From: an uncultured Acidobacteriota bacterium
Lineage (GTDB): Bacteria; Acidobacteriota; Blastocatellia; RBC074
Assembly (NCBI GenBank): GCA_963796275.1
Contig: CAWCKY010000006.1
Coordinates: forward strand, 2,432,001-2,496,000
Length of the DNA: 64,000 nt
Direction of reading: 5' to 3'
Of this stretch, positions 32,746 through 44,400 are shown in pieces. Position 1 is the first letter of the stretch. Each line of letters opens with the position of its first letter. Below the pieces are notes generated by a model that ran no database searches, was not told the DNA's origin, and saw nothing but the letters and a program-made list of their open reading frames with translations. The position numbers were made by a program, and so were the translations under genes.

Positions 32746-34821
32746 TTACTTGAGATACTTCTCGAACCAGCTGACGACGCGGCGCATGAAGTCCTCCTGG
32801 TGCGCGCGTTCGGCAATTCCGTGACCCTCGCGTGGGTACGTAACGAACTCAACCGGAACAGCCTTCCACTTTAGCGCAGTGTACATCTCCTGTGACTGGC
32901 TGATCGGCACGCGCGGATCGGCAGCGCCGTGAACGATCAGCATTGGCGTGTTCGCGCGTTTGATGTGAGCGATCGGCGATCGCTCCCAATAGAGAGCATA
33001 ATTGTCGTACATGATCGCATCCCAGTGGACGGTCGAGTTCTCTAGGAAGATGTCCGAAGTGCCCGTCATGCTGTGCCAGTTTGAGATGCCCGCGAACATG
33101 ACGGCCGCTTTAAATCGGTCACTTCCATAAGTGGCCGCCCACGCACTTGTGTAGCCGCCATAGCTGCCACCTCCGATGCCGATCCGATTTGCATCGGCGA
33201 TTCCGACTTTCAATAGGTGATCGAGGCCTGCCAGCATATCCTGGAATTCCTTGCCCATCAGATCGCGATGGTCAGCCATTGCGTACTTCGGCCCGCGACC
33301 GATACTGCCGCGATAGTTCGGGTAGAAAGTCACGAACCCGCGCCCAGCGAGCATTTGTCCCCATTGCGAATAGGTGCCCAGCCAGCCGTTGAGGTCGGCC
33401 GCCTCCGGTCCGCCATGTGGCTGCATGACAACCGGGTATCGCTGGCCTGCCCGATATCCCACTGGCTTGACGATCACGCCTTCGATATCGAGACCGTCAA
33501 CCGATTTCCAGCGTACGATCTCTTGCTGGCCGAGAGCTACCTGGTCCAGGCGTGGGTTCAAATTCGTCAGCCGCTTCGGGTTAGAGCCGCCGGCGCCTGT
33601 CTCGGAGACCTCGGACACGAAGACCTCAGCCGGGTGCGACGGCGAGTTGGCTGCAAACGCCACGCGCTTGCCATCCCGGCTGAAGCTCAGGCCTCTAGTA
33701 AGCGAGAGGCTTCCGGTCGGGATGGGAGTACGGGTTTTCGAGGCGAGCGAGAGCATATATGCTCTGGTGTCTTGCCGCTCGATCCCGACGAAGGCGAGTG
33801 TGCTCGGTTCTTTCGGAACCCACGAGAGCGAGACAGCCGTGCCTTCGTATTGCGGCATCAGGTTCTCTGGAGTCCCTCCGGCGGCAGGCGCGACGAAGGC
33901 GCTGCCGGCGAACGGATCATTCAATGCCGTGGCGCCGAGCCACGCGATCCACTTACCATCAAGCGACCAGCGCGGCTGGCTCAATTTGCCAGCTGTTTTC
34001 GCGACGAGTTTCGGCGCCCCGCCGGAAAGCGGCACGGTCAATATCTTCAGCTTCATGAACGAATCGTCCACGGAGGGCGTCTCGGCCGCCGCGACGACTA
34101 ACTGACGCCCGTCAGGCGACCAATCGAAGTCGTGGACCGAAAGGTCAGTCGTCGTAACTAGGTGGCTCTTTTTCGAGGCAATCTCGATCGCATACAGCCG
34201 AATGTGTTTGTAGTTGTGATCGGCGACGACCCAGTCCTTACCCTTGCGTTCGGCTTCTTGCTCTTCCTTCGTCTTGGGAGTTGTTACTGTATAGGCGAGC
34301 CACTTCCCGTCCGGCGACCATTTGAACATAACTACCGAATTCTCCGCATTCGTTACGCGGCGTGCCTCGCCGCCGTCTACCGGGATGATATATATCTGCG
34401 TGTGCTCGAACCCGGGGCGGCGCGAGAGGAAAGCGATCGTTTGCCCATCGGGTGACCATTGCGCTGCGCGCTCGCCCTCCTCGCTTGTCGTGAAACGCAA
34501 CGGCTCGCCGCCCCCAGCCGCGACTCGCCACAATTCGGAAATGGAGCCGCCGAGTTTTTCGTCGGCAGTGCGCGGACGCGACACCTGGAAAATGATACGC
34601 GATCCGTCGGGCGATATCTGCGCGTCGGTCACCTGGCGAATGCCCAGGATCAGCTCGGGCGTGAGGACATTGTCCTGCGCCCAAACATGCCCAGTCCATA
34701 CGGCTATCAAAAGACATAGCATCAGGAACGATGCGGTCGCTCTCCGGCGTATCCTCGTAATCTCGAATGGAACCGGTGAACAGGATATAAATGGCCCAGA
34801 TGTCATGTTGCGAAATAGCAT
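32746..34821 (-). CDS. S9 family peptidase with PD40 propeller
   Basis: WSPDG repeats, HGGP, GGSYGG nucleophile, DPRV, EGHG. Confidence 0.93.
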   Translation of the reverse strand: MLFRNMTSGPFISCSPVPFEITRIRRRATASFLMLCLLIAVWTGHVWAQDNVLTPELILGIRQVTDAQISPDGSRIIFQVSRPRTADEKLGGSISELWRVAAGGGEPLRFTTSEEGERAAQWSPDGQTIAFLSRRPGFEHTQIYIIPVDGGEARRVTNAENSVVMFKWSPDGKWLAYTVTTPKTKEEQEAERKGKDWVVADHNYKHIRLYAIEIASKKSHLVTTTDLSVHDFDWSPDGRQLVVAAAETPSVDDSFMKLKILTVPLSGGAPKLVAKTAGKLSQPRWSLDGKWIAWLGATALNDPFAGSAFVAPAAGGTPENLMPQYEGTAVSLSWVPKEPSTLAFVGIERQDTRAYMLSLASKTRTPIPTGSLSLTRGLSFSRDGKRVAFAANSPSHPAEVFVSEVSETGAGGSNPKRLTNLNPRLDQVALGQQEIVRWKSVDGLDIEGVIVKPVGYRAGQRYPVVMQPHGGPEAADLNGWLGTYSQWGQMLAGRGFVTFYPNYRGSIGRGPKYAMADHRDLMGKEFQDMLAGLDHLLKVGIADANRIGIGGGSYGGYTSAWAATYGSDRFKAAVMFAGISNWHSMTGTSDIFLENSTVHWDAIMYDNYALYWERSPIAHIKRANTPMLIVHGAADPRVPISQSQEMYTALKWKAVPVEFVTYPREGHGIAERAHQEDFMRRVVSWFEKYLK

Positions 34822-34968
34822 AATCTAAAACCTCAATGCGATACTCCATCCATAGCTAACAACTTGGTGAGCTTGGGTGGAGAGGAATTTTGATTGAAGG
34901 AAGCGCGGAGGGGTAACCCTCCTGCTTTCTTCGATGACATTTCATGGTGTGATTCACTCAAATAACTC

Positions 34969-35214
34969 AAGACTGTGCAAATAAAAGTCAATTGGAATCA
35001 GCATTTTCGGACCTGAGCGCCAGAGACGCGGGATGTTTATAGTATTCGATCACCAAAGTCTCACGAGCTCCGGAGGAGCTACATGTAGGCATTCATATGT
35101 CGCTCCTCCAGAGCTCAGGTTATGGCTAGGATCGTGATCTATAGACATTACGCGCCTCCGGCGCTATGAGATGCGAGACTTTTGATTCTGTTGGATTTTA
35201 ATTTGCACACGCTT
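34969..35214. mobile_element. Putative non-autonomous MITE/REPIN-like element with nested inverted repeats
   Basis: Outer imperfect inverted repeats (tgtgcaaat...gaatca, 21/27 match), middle arms from 35016 and to 35165, inner gagctccggaggagc / gctcctccagagctc. Confidence 0.6.
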
Positions 35215-35503
35215 CAAATAACGTAGCCCGATAATCGAGAGTTACAGCTGCATTCGATCCTGGCTGGGGCTGGTCACCATGAGCTTGTCCCGTCTTTCTA
35301 CCACACAAGCCGCCACTATAGCCCGTCGGGGCTTCGCGGTGGTCGTTGACTCCTCCTAATCAAATTAACTTTAAGTATACGACTGAATTCCCCATTTCTC
35401 TCGTCCCAGGCAAAGGGGAGCCCTATGCTTCCTGTTTGAGATGGAAGAGAACGAGAATATGACGGACAGAGACACTCTTACAGATGAGCGGCATGTCGCA
35501 GCG

Positions 35504-38500
35504 CTAAAATTTCAGCTTGATTCCATATTGGATCTGCCGCGGATTCGCGACATCGCGCGGCGTGCCAAATCCCAGAATTGGATTGGGGGGCAAACTGAGA
35601 TCAGTCCCTCCGTAAAGCGTATTTAGATCCGTGATATTGACGCGATTGGACAAGTTGAAGAAATCGATAGTGAATTCGGCGCGGATGCGCTCGCCCATGC
35701 GAACTTCGCGCGCGATGCGCAGGTCGAAGCCGGCAAATCCGGATCCTTCCAGCGTGTTGCGCCCGAGCACCCCGGGGCGGTCGCTGGTCGGGTTGCCATC
35801 GCCATTTGCGTCAGAGCCCGCAAAGACCGTGAAGAACCGGCCGCTTTGGGCAGTGAGGATCGAACTGAACCTGAAATCGCCCACGATGGGCACGCTAGTG
35901 GGAATTTGACTGACGAATGCCAGAGTGTAGCGGTGGCGAGCGTGTTGTCGTGAAAGCGCGCGTTCCAAATTTCGATCAGGGTTCTCGGGAAAGTCATTGA
36001 CCGCAGCCACGGATTCGGTGTTGCTTATGGTCTGTGAGTAAGTATAGCTGCTGTGAAAACTGAAGCCCCGGGCGAACCGCTTCTGGAGTTCGAAACTTCC
36101 GCCGTTAAAAATAGAGTATCCGCCGTTGTCGAAAACAAAGAAGTCGCCTACCTCTGGAAATCTTCTTGCCCCAATGATGGGCTTGCCGCTGGATTGTATT
36201 CCGGTCTGTAAGCCGTTGAGCATGCCGGTAGGCGCCATTAGCTTGAGCGCGTGGACATACAAGTATCGCGCAGACACGGCCACGCCGCCGCCGATCTCAT
36301 GCGAAATCTCTACGCTCGCTTGCTCGGCGTAAGGCGTGCGGAGGGTTCCGGAGAGGTTTCCATTGAGGCCCGGGTTGATGACACCGCCGACCATCGGCGT
36401 CGTTGGGACCTGCCCGGTTGTGGTGAAGGTGAGCGTGGCAGGAGGCGCCAGGACCGGGCCGCGCACCGTGGGATTGATAAACCGGCCTCGCACGGGCGGG
36501 ATGCCCGGATATAGAACCTGAGAGTTCGGCAAATACCCGGTGCCGTTGAAAATGTTGGGACCGATCATCTGCCCTATACCGCTCGAAGCGACACGGTCGC
36601 TGAAAATCCCGAATCCGGCGCGAACGACAGTGCGCTGTCTTATGGCATAAGCCAGCCCCAGGCGCGGCTGAAAGTTGTTGAGGTCCTCGCGCAGGACGAT
36701 ATCATCGGGGTAGGTTTCAAAGTCGTAACGGAGCCCGTAGGTGAGCGTCAGTTTGGACGTCGCCTTCCACTCATCCTGGGCAAAAAAACCAAAACTATTA
36801 TGATCGAATCTGATGATGGTGAGGGGCTGATATGGCGCGGGAACGGCTTGCGTAAACGGGACTGGCGCCGGCGCCCCCTGCGTGGTACCGGTGGGGACTG
36901 GCCACCAGAAGACCACCGGAGTATGGTTGAAAAAAGTCGGCCCGGGGCCGCCCAGGTTCGTAAAGATCACGCGAGCGGGGAAGAACAGATTCCATACGGT
37001 CGTGTCGCGGATGTTGTTAAAGTCAGCCCCGAACTTCAAGGCATGACTCGCACGCGTGTAGCTGAAGCTGTCAGATATCTGTAGTCGTGATTCGCGGTAG
37101 AAGTCGGCATCCGAGGTGCTCTTTCCGGTCAGAAGTAGATTCGAGACTTCGAGGTCAGGTTCCATGAGCGCCGATGGAAAATCGAAACTACGTCGCGCCC
37201 ACTGAACCCGCGCTTCGTTGACCTTGTTTGCCCCGATCAGCGCAATATCGCTCACCACGAACGACTGGTCGAGCAAAAAGTTATTTCTCGCGGTTGACGA
37301 TGCCGGTGACGCGCGCCCGCCTCCGCCAAGAAACCCCAGCGTCGTTGAATCCAGTAGATTGTAACGGGCGAAAAGGCTGTTGCCGTCTGTGAGTTTGAAA
37401 TCCAGCTTCGCGAGGAAACCGTCATAATCGTTGCTTCGAAGCAGGTCCGGCGTTTCAGGCGTCAACCGGTAGAATCTTTTCACTTCGTTAATCGTATTCG
37501 GCTGGCTGCCGTCGGCAGGCCCGAGGTTATCGAGGATGATTTTCGAGAATTTATTCGACTCAGCGCGGCGCTGACCCTCGTAGTTGCCGAAGAAGAACAT
37601 CTTGTCCTTCCTGACAGGGCCGCCAATGGTTGCCCCGTACTGGTTTTGCCGCAAAGCATAGCTCGGCGTGGTCAGCAGTGGCCGCGCGTTGACCGCATCG
37701 TTCATCCCGAAGTAATAGGCCGAGCCGTGAAGTTGGTTCGTACCGGATTTGGTGATGATGTTGACGAAGCCGCCTAGCGCCCGGCCATATTCGGCCAGGT
37801 AGGTGCTGTTGAGCACGCGGAACTCGTTGGCCGCTTCCTGCGAGGGAGTGGCGCGCGGCAGTCCCGTAAAAGTCTGGACATTATCCGCGCCGTCCACGAG
37901 GATCATCGTGTGCATCTCTTTTTGGCCGCCGAACGCTAAGCGAGGCGCGGCAGCTTGTCCCACACCTGTGTCGGGTTCCTTGAAGGCTCCGCCGCCGATG
38001 TTCTCCCGGCCAGGGGCCACAAAGGCTGACAGCTTGACGAAGTCAACGAAGTTGCGTCCGATGTTGGGCAAGGATTCGATCTGCCGGGCCTCGATCACGC
38101 GGCTCAGTTCCGCCCTGGTGGTCTCAATGAGCGGTTCCTCCTGTTTGACATCAATCACCTCGCTCACCTCTCCGACCTGCAGAGTCATATCCGCCACCGT
38201 CGCCCCACCGACGCTCAAGACTACACCGGTTTGCATCGCCGTCTTGAAACCGGCGCGCTCAGCGCGGAGCTCGTATTGCCCAGGCTCCAAATTGGTGAGG
38301 CTGTAACGACCCGCGCTGTCAGACGCGGTCTCACGCGTTGCCCCCGTGCCCCTGTTCCTCGCGCTGATCCTCACACTGGGGAGGACACTGCCGGCTGAAT
38401 CCTGGACCACTCCCGAGAGGGTCGCCGTGGTGGTCTGCCCTGATGCGATTACCCCTGCGAGTAACATAGCCAATAGAAAACTATTCAAGCGGCTCGCTAT

Positions 38501-38533
38501 AATCGCAGAAGCCTGGTGCAGTCTTATAATCAT
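35504..38533 (-). CDS. TonB-dependent receptor (Oar-like, N-terminal carboxypeptidase-regulatory-like domain)
   Basis: LSGVVQDSAG, NIITKSGTN..HGS, DLNNFQPRLG, C-terminal PRQIQYGIKLKF. GGAGG RBS before ATG 38533. Confidence 0.93.
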   Translation of the reverse strand: MIIRLHQASAIIASRLNSFLLAMLLAGVIASGQTTTATLSGVVQDSAGSVLPSVRISARNRGTGATRETASDSAGRYSLTNLEPGQYELRAERAGFKTAMQTGVVLSVGGATVADMTLQVGEVSEVIDVKQEEPLIETTRAELSRVIEARQIESLPNIGRNFVDFVKLSAFVAPGRENIGGGAFKEPDTGVGQAAAPRLAFGGQKEMHTMILVDGADNVQTFTGLPRATPSQEAANEFRVLNSTYLAEYGRALGGFVNIITKSGTNQLHGSAYYFGMNDAVNARPLLTTPSYALRQNQYGATIGGPVRKDKMFFFGNYEGQRRAESNKFSKIILDNLGPADGSQPNTINEVKRFYRLTPETPDLLRSNDYDGFLAKLDFKLTDGNSLFARYNLLDSTTLGFLGGGGRASPASSTARNNFLLDQSFVVSDIALIGANKVNEARVQWARRSFDFPSALMEPDLEVSNLLLTGKSTSDADFYRESRLQISDSFSYTRASHALKFGADFNNIRDTTVWNLFFPARVIFTNLGGPGPTFFNHTPVVFWWPVPTGTTQGAPAPVPFTQAVPAPYQPLTIIRFDHNSFGFFAQDEWKATSKLTLTYGLRYDFETYPDDIVLREDLNNFQPRLGLAYAIRQRTVVRAGFGIFSDRVASSGIGQMIGPNIFNGTGYLPNSQVLYPGIPPVRGRFINPTVRGPVLAPPATLTFTTTGQVPTTPMVGGVINPGLNGNLSGTLRTPYAEQASVEISHEIGGGVAVSARYLYVHALKLMAPTGMLNGLQTGIQSSGKPIIGARRFPEVGDFFVFDNGGYSIFNGGSFELQKRFARGFSFHSSYTYSQTISNTESVAAVNDFPENPDRNLERALSRQHARHRYTLAFVSQIPTSVPIVGDFRFSSILTAQSGRFFTVFAGSDANGDGNPTSDRPGVLGRNTLEGSGFAGFDLRIAREVRMGERIRAEFTIDFFNLSNRVNITDLNTLYGGTDLSLPPNPILGFGTPRDVANPRQIQYGIKLKF

Positions 38534-39333
38534 ATTCTTGTTGCCTCCGGCGAATGTTTCGTTCTTAAGATATCGCCCTCGTAAGAAAGCGAGGTATACG
38601 GCCAAGGCGGATTACATTTGTCAGATACTCCCGAAAGATATTCTACATAATGGCTGAACTCGTCAATTCAAATGACCAGAAGCGTCAAAGCCTTAGATTC
38701 GATCGAGCGTTGTGAACGCTGGATGAATGACGAATTAAGATGGCGGCCGAACGTCCTGAGATATTTCCAGTCCATCTTCGAAAAGCCCGGTAAAACGAAC
38801 TTACCTGTGAACCCGAGAAAATGGGATATCTCATCAATTTCTATCTGCCGTTCAGTTTACAAATCAACGGCGAGATCGCGGGGCAGGCGATCCAGCGCCT
38901 CTTGATACGAAGTTCCTTGCTTCTTGAGTTTTCACTGAAGATCGCGGTAACTGAGCGCTAATTTTCCGGGCCGTCGTTTTCAATCGAATATCCCACCTAC
39001 CCCACCTACTATGTCACCTGACATCCAAACATTCCTGTATATCTTGGTGCTCGAAAATAAAAAAGAGCGTACGAACTATACTTCCCCTTTTTTTCTGCAT
39101 ACAAGCGCATTAATCTGGTCTGCAGGTAGTGGCGGGTGAGTGATTACAAGCTGAAGGCTGCCGGTAAATATTGTCAGCAGTGTGTTTAAAGTTCCCGGAA
39201 GAGCTGACTGGAAGTCCACTGTTATTTGCGAGCCTGCAAGTACCCAGTAATGTATTTCTAAAAATCAGGCCGAGATGTCGAAGACCGCGGGATCTATTCG
39301 ATTGACTGGTACAAGTAAGAACCACGGAGAACG

Positions 39334-39372
39334 GTGAGATCACGAAGATTACCATCATCTTCGTGATCTCAC
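39334..39372 (-). terminator. 16-bp perfect hairpin just after the haloperoxidase stop
   Basis: gtgagatcacgaagat-N7-atcttcgtgatctcac, 4 nt past the stop; no strong U tract. Confidence 0.6.
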
Positions 39373-39376
39373 TCAA

Positions 39377-40909
39377 TCACGCGAGCGCGGGGTTTGTGTT
39401 TAGCGCCATGGGCGTTCCTTCAAAACTCGTCAGATTGAAGCCCGAGAAGCCTTCGTTATAGGTCGCGTTGAAATCCGTCATAACGCTGGCCGCCGCACCC
39501 TGTCCCAGAAATATTCCCTCAATTTCGTCTCTCTGAAAATGTACTCCTGCCATGTTACGTCCTATTCCGGCATTAAGAGCCAGCTTGTTCAATTCACCGC
39601 CGATGGTCAGCGGCTCTCCTTTCCACGGCACCAGCGACAATCCATCATCGCTCGGTACCACCGGATTGGGGATCACGAAAGATTCGTTGAAGAAGGCCTT
39701 CAGCATGGTTACGCCGGCGGCGGTGAAGGTCGCGTTGCCGCCAGGGTAGGCCGGGTGTGTCGGGCATCCTTCGGGAAAGGCTTGTGGGCAGAGGTAAGTG
39801 CCGTTCTTGCTGAAGACTGAAGAGACCGCCATCGAGTCGAGCAGTTTTGAGTTGATCGGATACTGAGCTGCCCCGGCCATATGATTATGTATCCGTCCTC
39901 CGAACTCTTCAGGACGAATGCGGCGGTGGACAACCCATTTTTGATAATACGCCCCTTTCAGGGCATGATTTGCGGCGCGCGCGACGAGGTCTAAGATATG
40001 CGGCGCGCCGAAAGTGACAAAACCGGATTGAGACGACGAACCCTTGTATGGATTAGTCTCGTCGAGTGCCTCATTACCATAACTCAGAAGAATGAGAGTC
40101 GCGATCAGTGCGGCCTGATAGGGGAAATTGAGATGCGCCCAACTACCCAGCGCGCGGCCGTTATAAATATACCTCGGCGTATCATCGAAAGCCCCTTCTG
40201 AGCGAGCCGGGCTGCCGTTCTGAATATCGAGCCAGTCTTGATACGAGGTTATATGATCATTACCTCCGAGGTAGGTGCGGTAGCGCTGCTCATAAGAGGT
40301 GGTGCCGATCTTATAAGGCTGGAGGAGGAATTGCGAGATATAAGGACCGGTTTGAACGCCGGGGACATTTACGCGGAAAAGGGTTCCGGCATTGACATTC
40401 TGATAGGTTGAGAGACGCTTCAAATCGTCTATTGCGGCGGCGGTCAAAGTTTCATTACCATACTGTGAAAATGGTATATCGCGTGTCAGCGCAAGCCAAT
40501 AGCACTCGACCATTTCACCCGCGAACTCTTCACTATCGAAGCTCGGCGGCGGGTTAACAGTAAGTGTCTTTGAATCTGCTCCTTCAAGATCGAAGGCAAA
40601 TGCGCTCTGCGGATTGGCGAGCTTGGTAGATCCGGCAACCGGGACCTGTTCGAAATCGGATGGGTTGCGACTGCTGATAGCCTGCAGCAACCTTTTGTAC
40701 GCGCTCTCATCGACTTCGCCGAGCTTGTTATGAGGCAGCGCCTTACTAAAATTTGCAAATCCAGTAGGATATCTCCCTTCGTCTCCGTTATTCTGAGGCT
40801 CAGGAAAACTCCGGTTTAATTGAAAATCGGCCGCCTTCTTTCGTATTTCCAGAGCTTGCTCTTCCTTGGGTGCTTTGTCGGCCCACAATCGTGGAAAGAT
40901 TTTTGCCAT
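39377..40909 (-). CDS. Vanadium-dependent haloperoxidase family protein with a variant active site
   Basis: FSKALPH, GPYISQFL, KWVVHRRIRPE, PEGCPTHPAYPGGNA, GELNKLA, GRNMAGVHF. Confidence 0.88.
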   Translation of the reverse strand: MAKIFPRLWADKAPKEEQALEIRKKAADFQLNRSFPEPQNNGDEGRYPTGFANFSKALPHNKLGEVDESAYKRLLQAISSRNPSDFEQVPVAGSTKLANPQSAFAFDLEGADSKTLTVNPPPSFDSEEFAGEMVECYWLALTRDIPFSQYGNETLTAAAIDDLKRLSTYQNVNAGTLFRVNVPGVQTGPYISQFLLQPYKIGTTSYEQRYRTYLGGNDHITSYQDWLDIQNGSPARSEGAFDDTPRYIYNGRALGSWAHLNFPYQAALIATLILLSYGNEALDETNPYKGSSSQSGFVTFGAPHILDLVARAANHALKGAYYQKWVVHRRIRPEEFGGRIHNHMAGAAQYPINSKLLDSMAVSSVFSKNGTYLCPQAFPEGCPTHPAYPGGNATFTAAGVTMLKAFFNESFVIPNPVVPSDDGLSLVPWKGEPLTIGGELNKLALNAGIGRNMAGVHFQRDEIEGIFLGQGAAASVMTDFNATYNEGFSGFNLTSFEGTPMALNTNPALA

Positions 40910-41496
40910 ACTAATACTTTGCCTTTCCCCGCATGACAATGCAGGTATAGATAGGGTTAGTCGAATGCCTAGTAGTAACTAAGCATTAATCTATTCGTTT
41001 TTTACTTGGGGAGTATTGCCTGCCAATCCGAAGCTGGGCACTGCTTCTCGGTGGATTTTCCGGCTCGAATGGTTCTTTGATTTTAGTGCCTCGGCGGAAT
41101 CAGATATACATCAATTTGAAGAGGAATGTAAACAATTTTCCCCTAGGCAAGCACAAAGCAAAAACAATTTGTTATTCGTATCAAGCAATAGGAACCGTTC
41201 TAACGGTGCGCTACCATGAATGGCTTCCATTCAACTGTAACGGTTCAATTCGTCAGTGGCCACGTAACATTAACCTAATAAATGTTGTGGTAGGCTAAAA
41301 ACGGAACCGTTATCTTACAGTATGAGCTTTGATTATACAGATGAATTAGAGGATGTTATTGAACTATCTGTAACTCAATTCGAGAAGGCATATAATTTGC
41401 TGTGAGTAACTAGAATATTCGCCAATTTGAAGTAGTCAGAGTTCGTAAAATCTGATTTCAAAGAATGTCAATTCCTTCGCTAATGGAAGGATAGAG

Positions 41497-44400
41497 ATGC
41501 TTCGACCTCACATATCCTCAAATCAAATCAGGCGTAGCTCAAGACTCATACAGTGCAGTCTCGTACTAGCCATCAGTCTGTTGTTCGTCTTGGTTCAAGC
41601 CTATCCCACTGCCCACTACAAAGAGGGAGAGGTAGAGGCTTACGCAGAAGTGATAAACCGGGGCCAGAAAGAAGAGCAGGCTCTGCAGCTGGAACAGGGC
41701 AAACCCATCGAACGCGAGTTGACTGGTGGCCAGTCTCATACTTATCAGATTTCTCTCAAGGCTGGTCAATATGTCAAGTTTGTGGTTGACCAACGTGGCA
41801 TCGACGTGGTTGTGAAACTGTCTGGGGCTAATGGCAAGTCGATCACAGAGGTTAACTCTGAAACCAGGACGGAGGGACCAGAGACCGTATCGTGGGTTGC
41901 GGAAGAGGCAGGGAGCCATAGAGTAGATGTTCTGGCGCAATTTAAGAATGCGGCGACCGGAGACTATCAGATTCAGGTAGTGGAGCTGGGTGTCGCGACT
42001 GAGAGTGATCGCGCATTGTCTGAAGCCCTCAAGCTGAATTCAGAGTTTCTCAGACTGTTTTTTGCCGGAAAGTATGATGAAGCGCGTCCATTGGGTGAAC
42101 GTGAATTGAAGATTCGGGAAAAGACGTTAGGGGCGCATCACCGGGATGTCGCTCAAACAGCTGACAATCTCGGTCGACTCTGTTATTTCAAGGCGGAATA
42201 CGCAAGATCAGAGGAGTACTTTCAACGAGCCCTGACCATCAGGGAGAAAGTACTGGGGCTGGAACATCCCGAGGTCTCCCGTTCTCTCAACAATATTGCC
42301 CTCCTCTATATCGCTATAGGCGAATACCATAAAGCAGAATTGTCCTATCAACGCGCACTCGACATTCACCATAAAACGCTAGGCGTAGAACACCCTGATG
42401 TCGCGGCAACTATCAACAACATCGCCAAACTCTATTACTATCTAGGCGATTACGAAAAAGCAGAGCCGCTCTTTCTGCAAGCACGGTCCATCTTTGAGAA
42501 AGCCTTGGGGCCGGAACATCCCAATGTCACGGTCGTACTCAATAGTCTTGCTACCATCTACAGGAATAGAGGCAACTATGCAAAGGCAGAGCCGATTTAC
42601 GTGCACATACTGGATATCAGGGAAAAACGGCTGGGACCGGAACACCCTAGTCTCGCTACTCCTCTGATCAATTTTGCCAACTTCTACTATGAAAGGGGAG
42701 ACTACGAAAAGGCGGAGCTGATGTTGGACCGCGTGCTGGCCATCAGGGAGAAAGCGCTGGGGGCGGAACATCCCGATGTCGCTCGAGTTCTCGATAATCT
42801 CGCCGACCTCTATAGAGAGAAGGAGGAATATGCGAAGGCAGAGGTGCTTTACCAACGCGCACTGGCAATCAGGGAGAAGATTCTGGGGCCGGCACATATA
42901 GATGTCGCTCGGGCTCTCAATAATCTGGCCGAGATATACAGCGAAGGAAAGCGCGACTATGCCAAGGCGGAGCCGCTCTACGGGCGAGCGCTGGACATCG
43001 TGGAGGAATCGGGAGGGCCGGAACACCCGGCTGCTGCCGAAGTGCTCAACAATCTTGCTAACCTTTACCGCGAGAGAGGCGAGTATGCCAGGGCGGAGCC
43101 GCTCTATAGGCGCGCGCTGACCATCAGAGAGAACTTGTTAGGGCAAGAACATCCGGAGTTCACCGAGACGCTGGTTGACCTTGCCCGGCTTAACGCGGCG
43201 AAAGGTGATTATGCCCAGGCAATTGCGATTCTCTCTCGCGCCAATGCCATCGACGAACGCATCTTCACGCACCAACTCGCCATCGGCTCCGAACGCCAGA
43301 AACTCTTTTATCTGTCTCTGTTTTCCGAACGGACCGCGTTTACACTCTCTCTCCATAGCCGGGCTGCGCCGATTGACGCGCAGGCCCTCGATCTGTCATT
43401 CACCACTTTGTTGCAGCGGAAAGGACGCGGCCTGGATGTGATGACCGATACGATCGCCAATTTGCGACGCCAGGCAACACCAGAGGTCAGAGCACTCTTC
43501 GAGCGACTCACGCGAGCCCGCTCTCAGTTGGCTTCGCTCAAACTCACAGATTCAGGCGCGAGTCAGCTCAAGACCTACAGGACACGAGTCAAGAACCTTG
43601 AAGGGGAAATCGAGAAGGTGGAAGATGCGCTCAGCAAAAGCAACGACTCAAGCAGCGAAGCGTTTCGCAAACAGATGCAGCCGGTCACGCTCTCCGCAGT
43701 GCAGGCTGCTCTTCCATCAGGCAGCGCCCTGCTCGAGTTCGTCTATTTCACGCCGCGGGAACTGACGCCAGAGAAGAGCAGGCGGCCACGTTACCTCGCC
43801 TATCTACTTGCGTCGCAAGGTCAACCGAAGTGGGTAGATCTGGGCGAAGCCAAACTGATCGATCGAGCAATAGAAGCCTGGCGGGTAGCGCTGCGCGACC
43901 CGAACCGGACCGATGTCAAACGACTTGCGCGCGCCGTGGATGAGAGACTGATGCGGCCGGTACGAACACTCCTAAGTAAAATGCCGGGTGTCACACGTCA
44001 ACTGCTGATTGCGCCCGATGGCTCACTCAACCTCATTCCTTTTGCCGCCCTCGTCGATGAACGGAATCGATATCTGATCGAGCGTTATCCCATCAGCTAC
44101 CTGATCAGCGGGCGTGACCTGTTGAGACTGCAATCATCAGAGGAGAGCAAGAGCGCTCCGCTGGTGGTAGCCAATCCTGATTTCGGCAGACTTGCCTCGA
44201 TGGCCACCAGGGGAGATCCGGACACCGGAAAATCGCAGAACGGCAACCAGGCGCAGGAACAAATCGACGCAGCACGAATTTTCTTCCAACCGCTGCCGGG
44301 CACGGAGGATGAGGCGCTGGCGATCAAATCCCTGCTCCCGTATGCCACGATTTTCCGGCGGAAGGAAGCGACTGAGACGGCGCTCAAACAGGTCATTGGA

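Noticed and set aside
38540-39330. Cobalamin or other riboswitch upstream of the TonB receptor
   Set aside because: I could not recognise a B12 box or other consensus by eye; an Rfam search would settle it.
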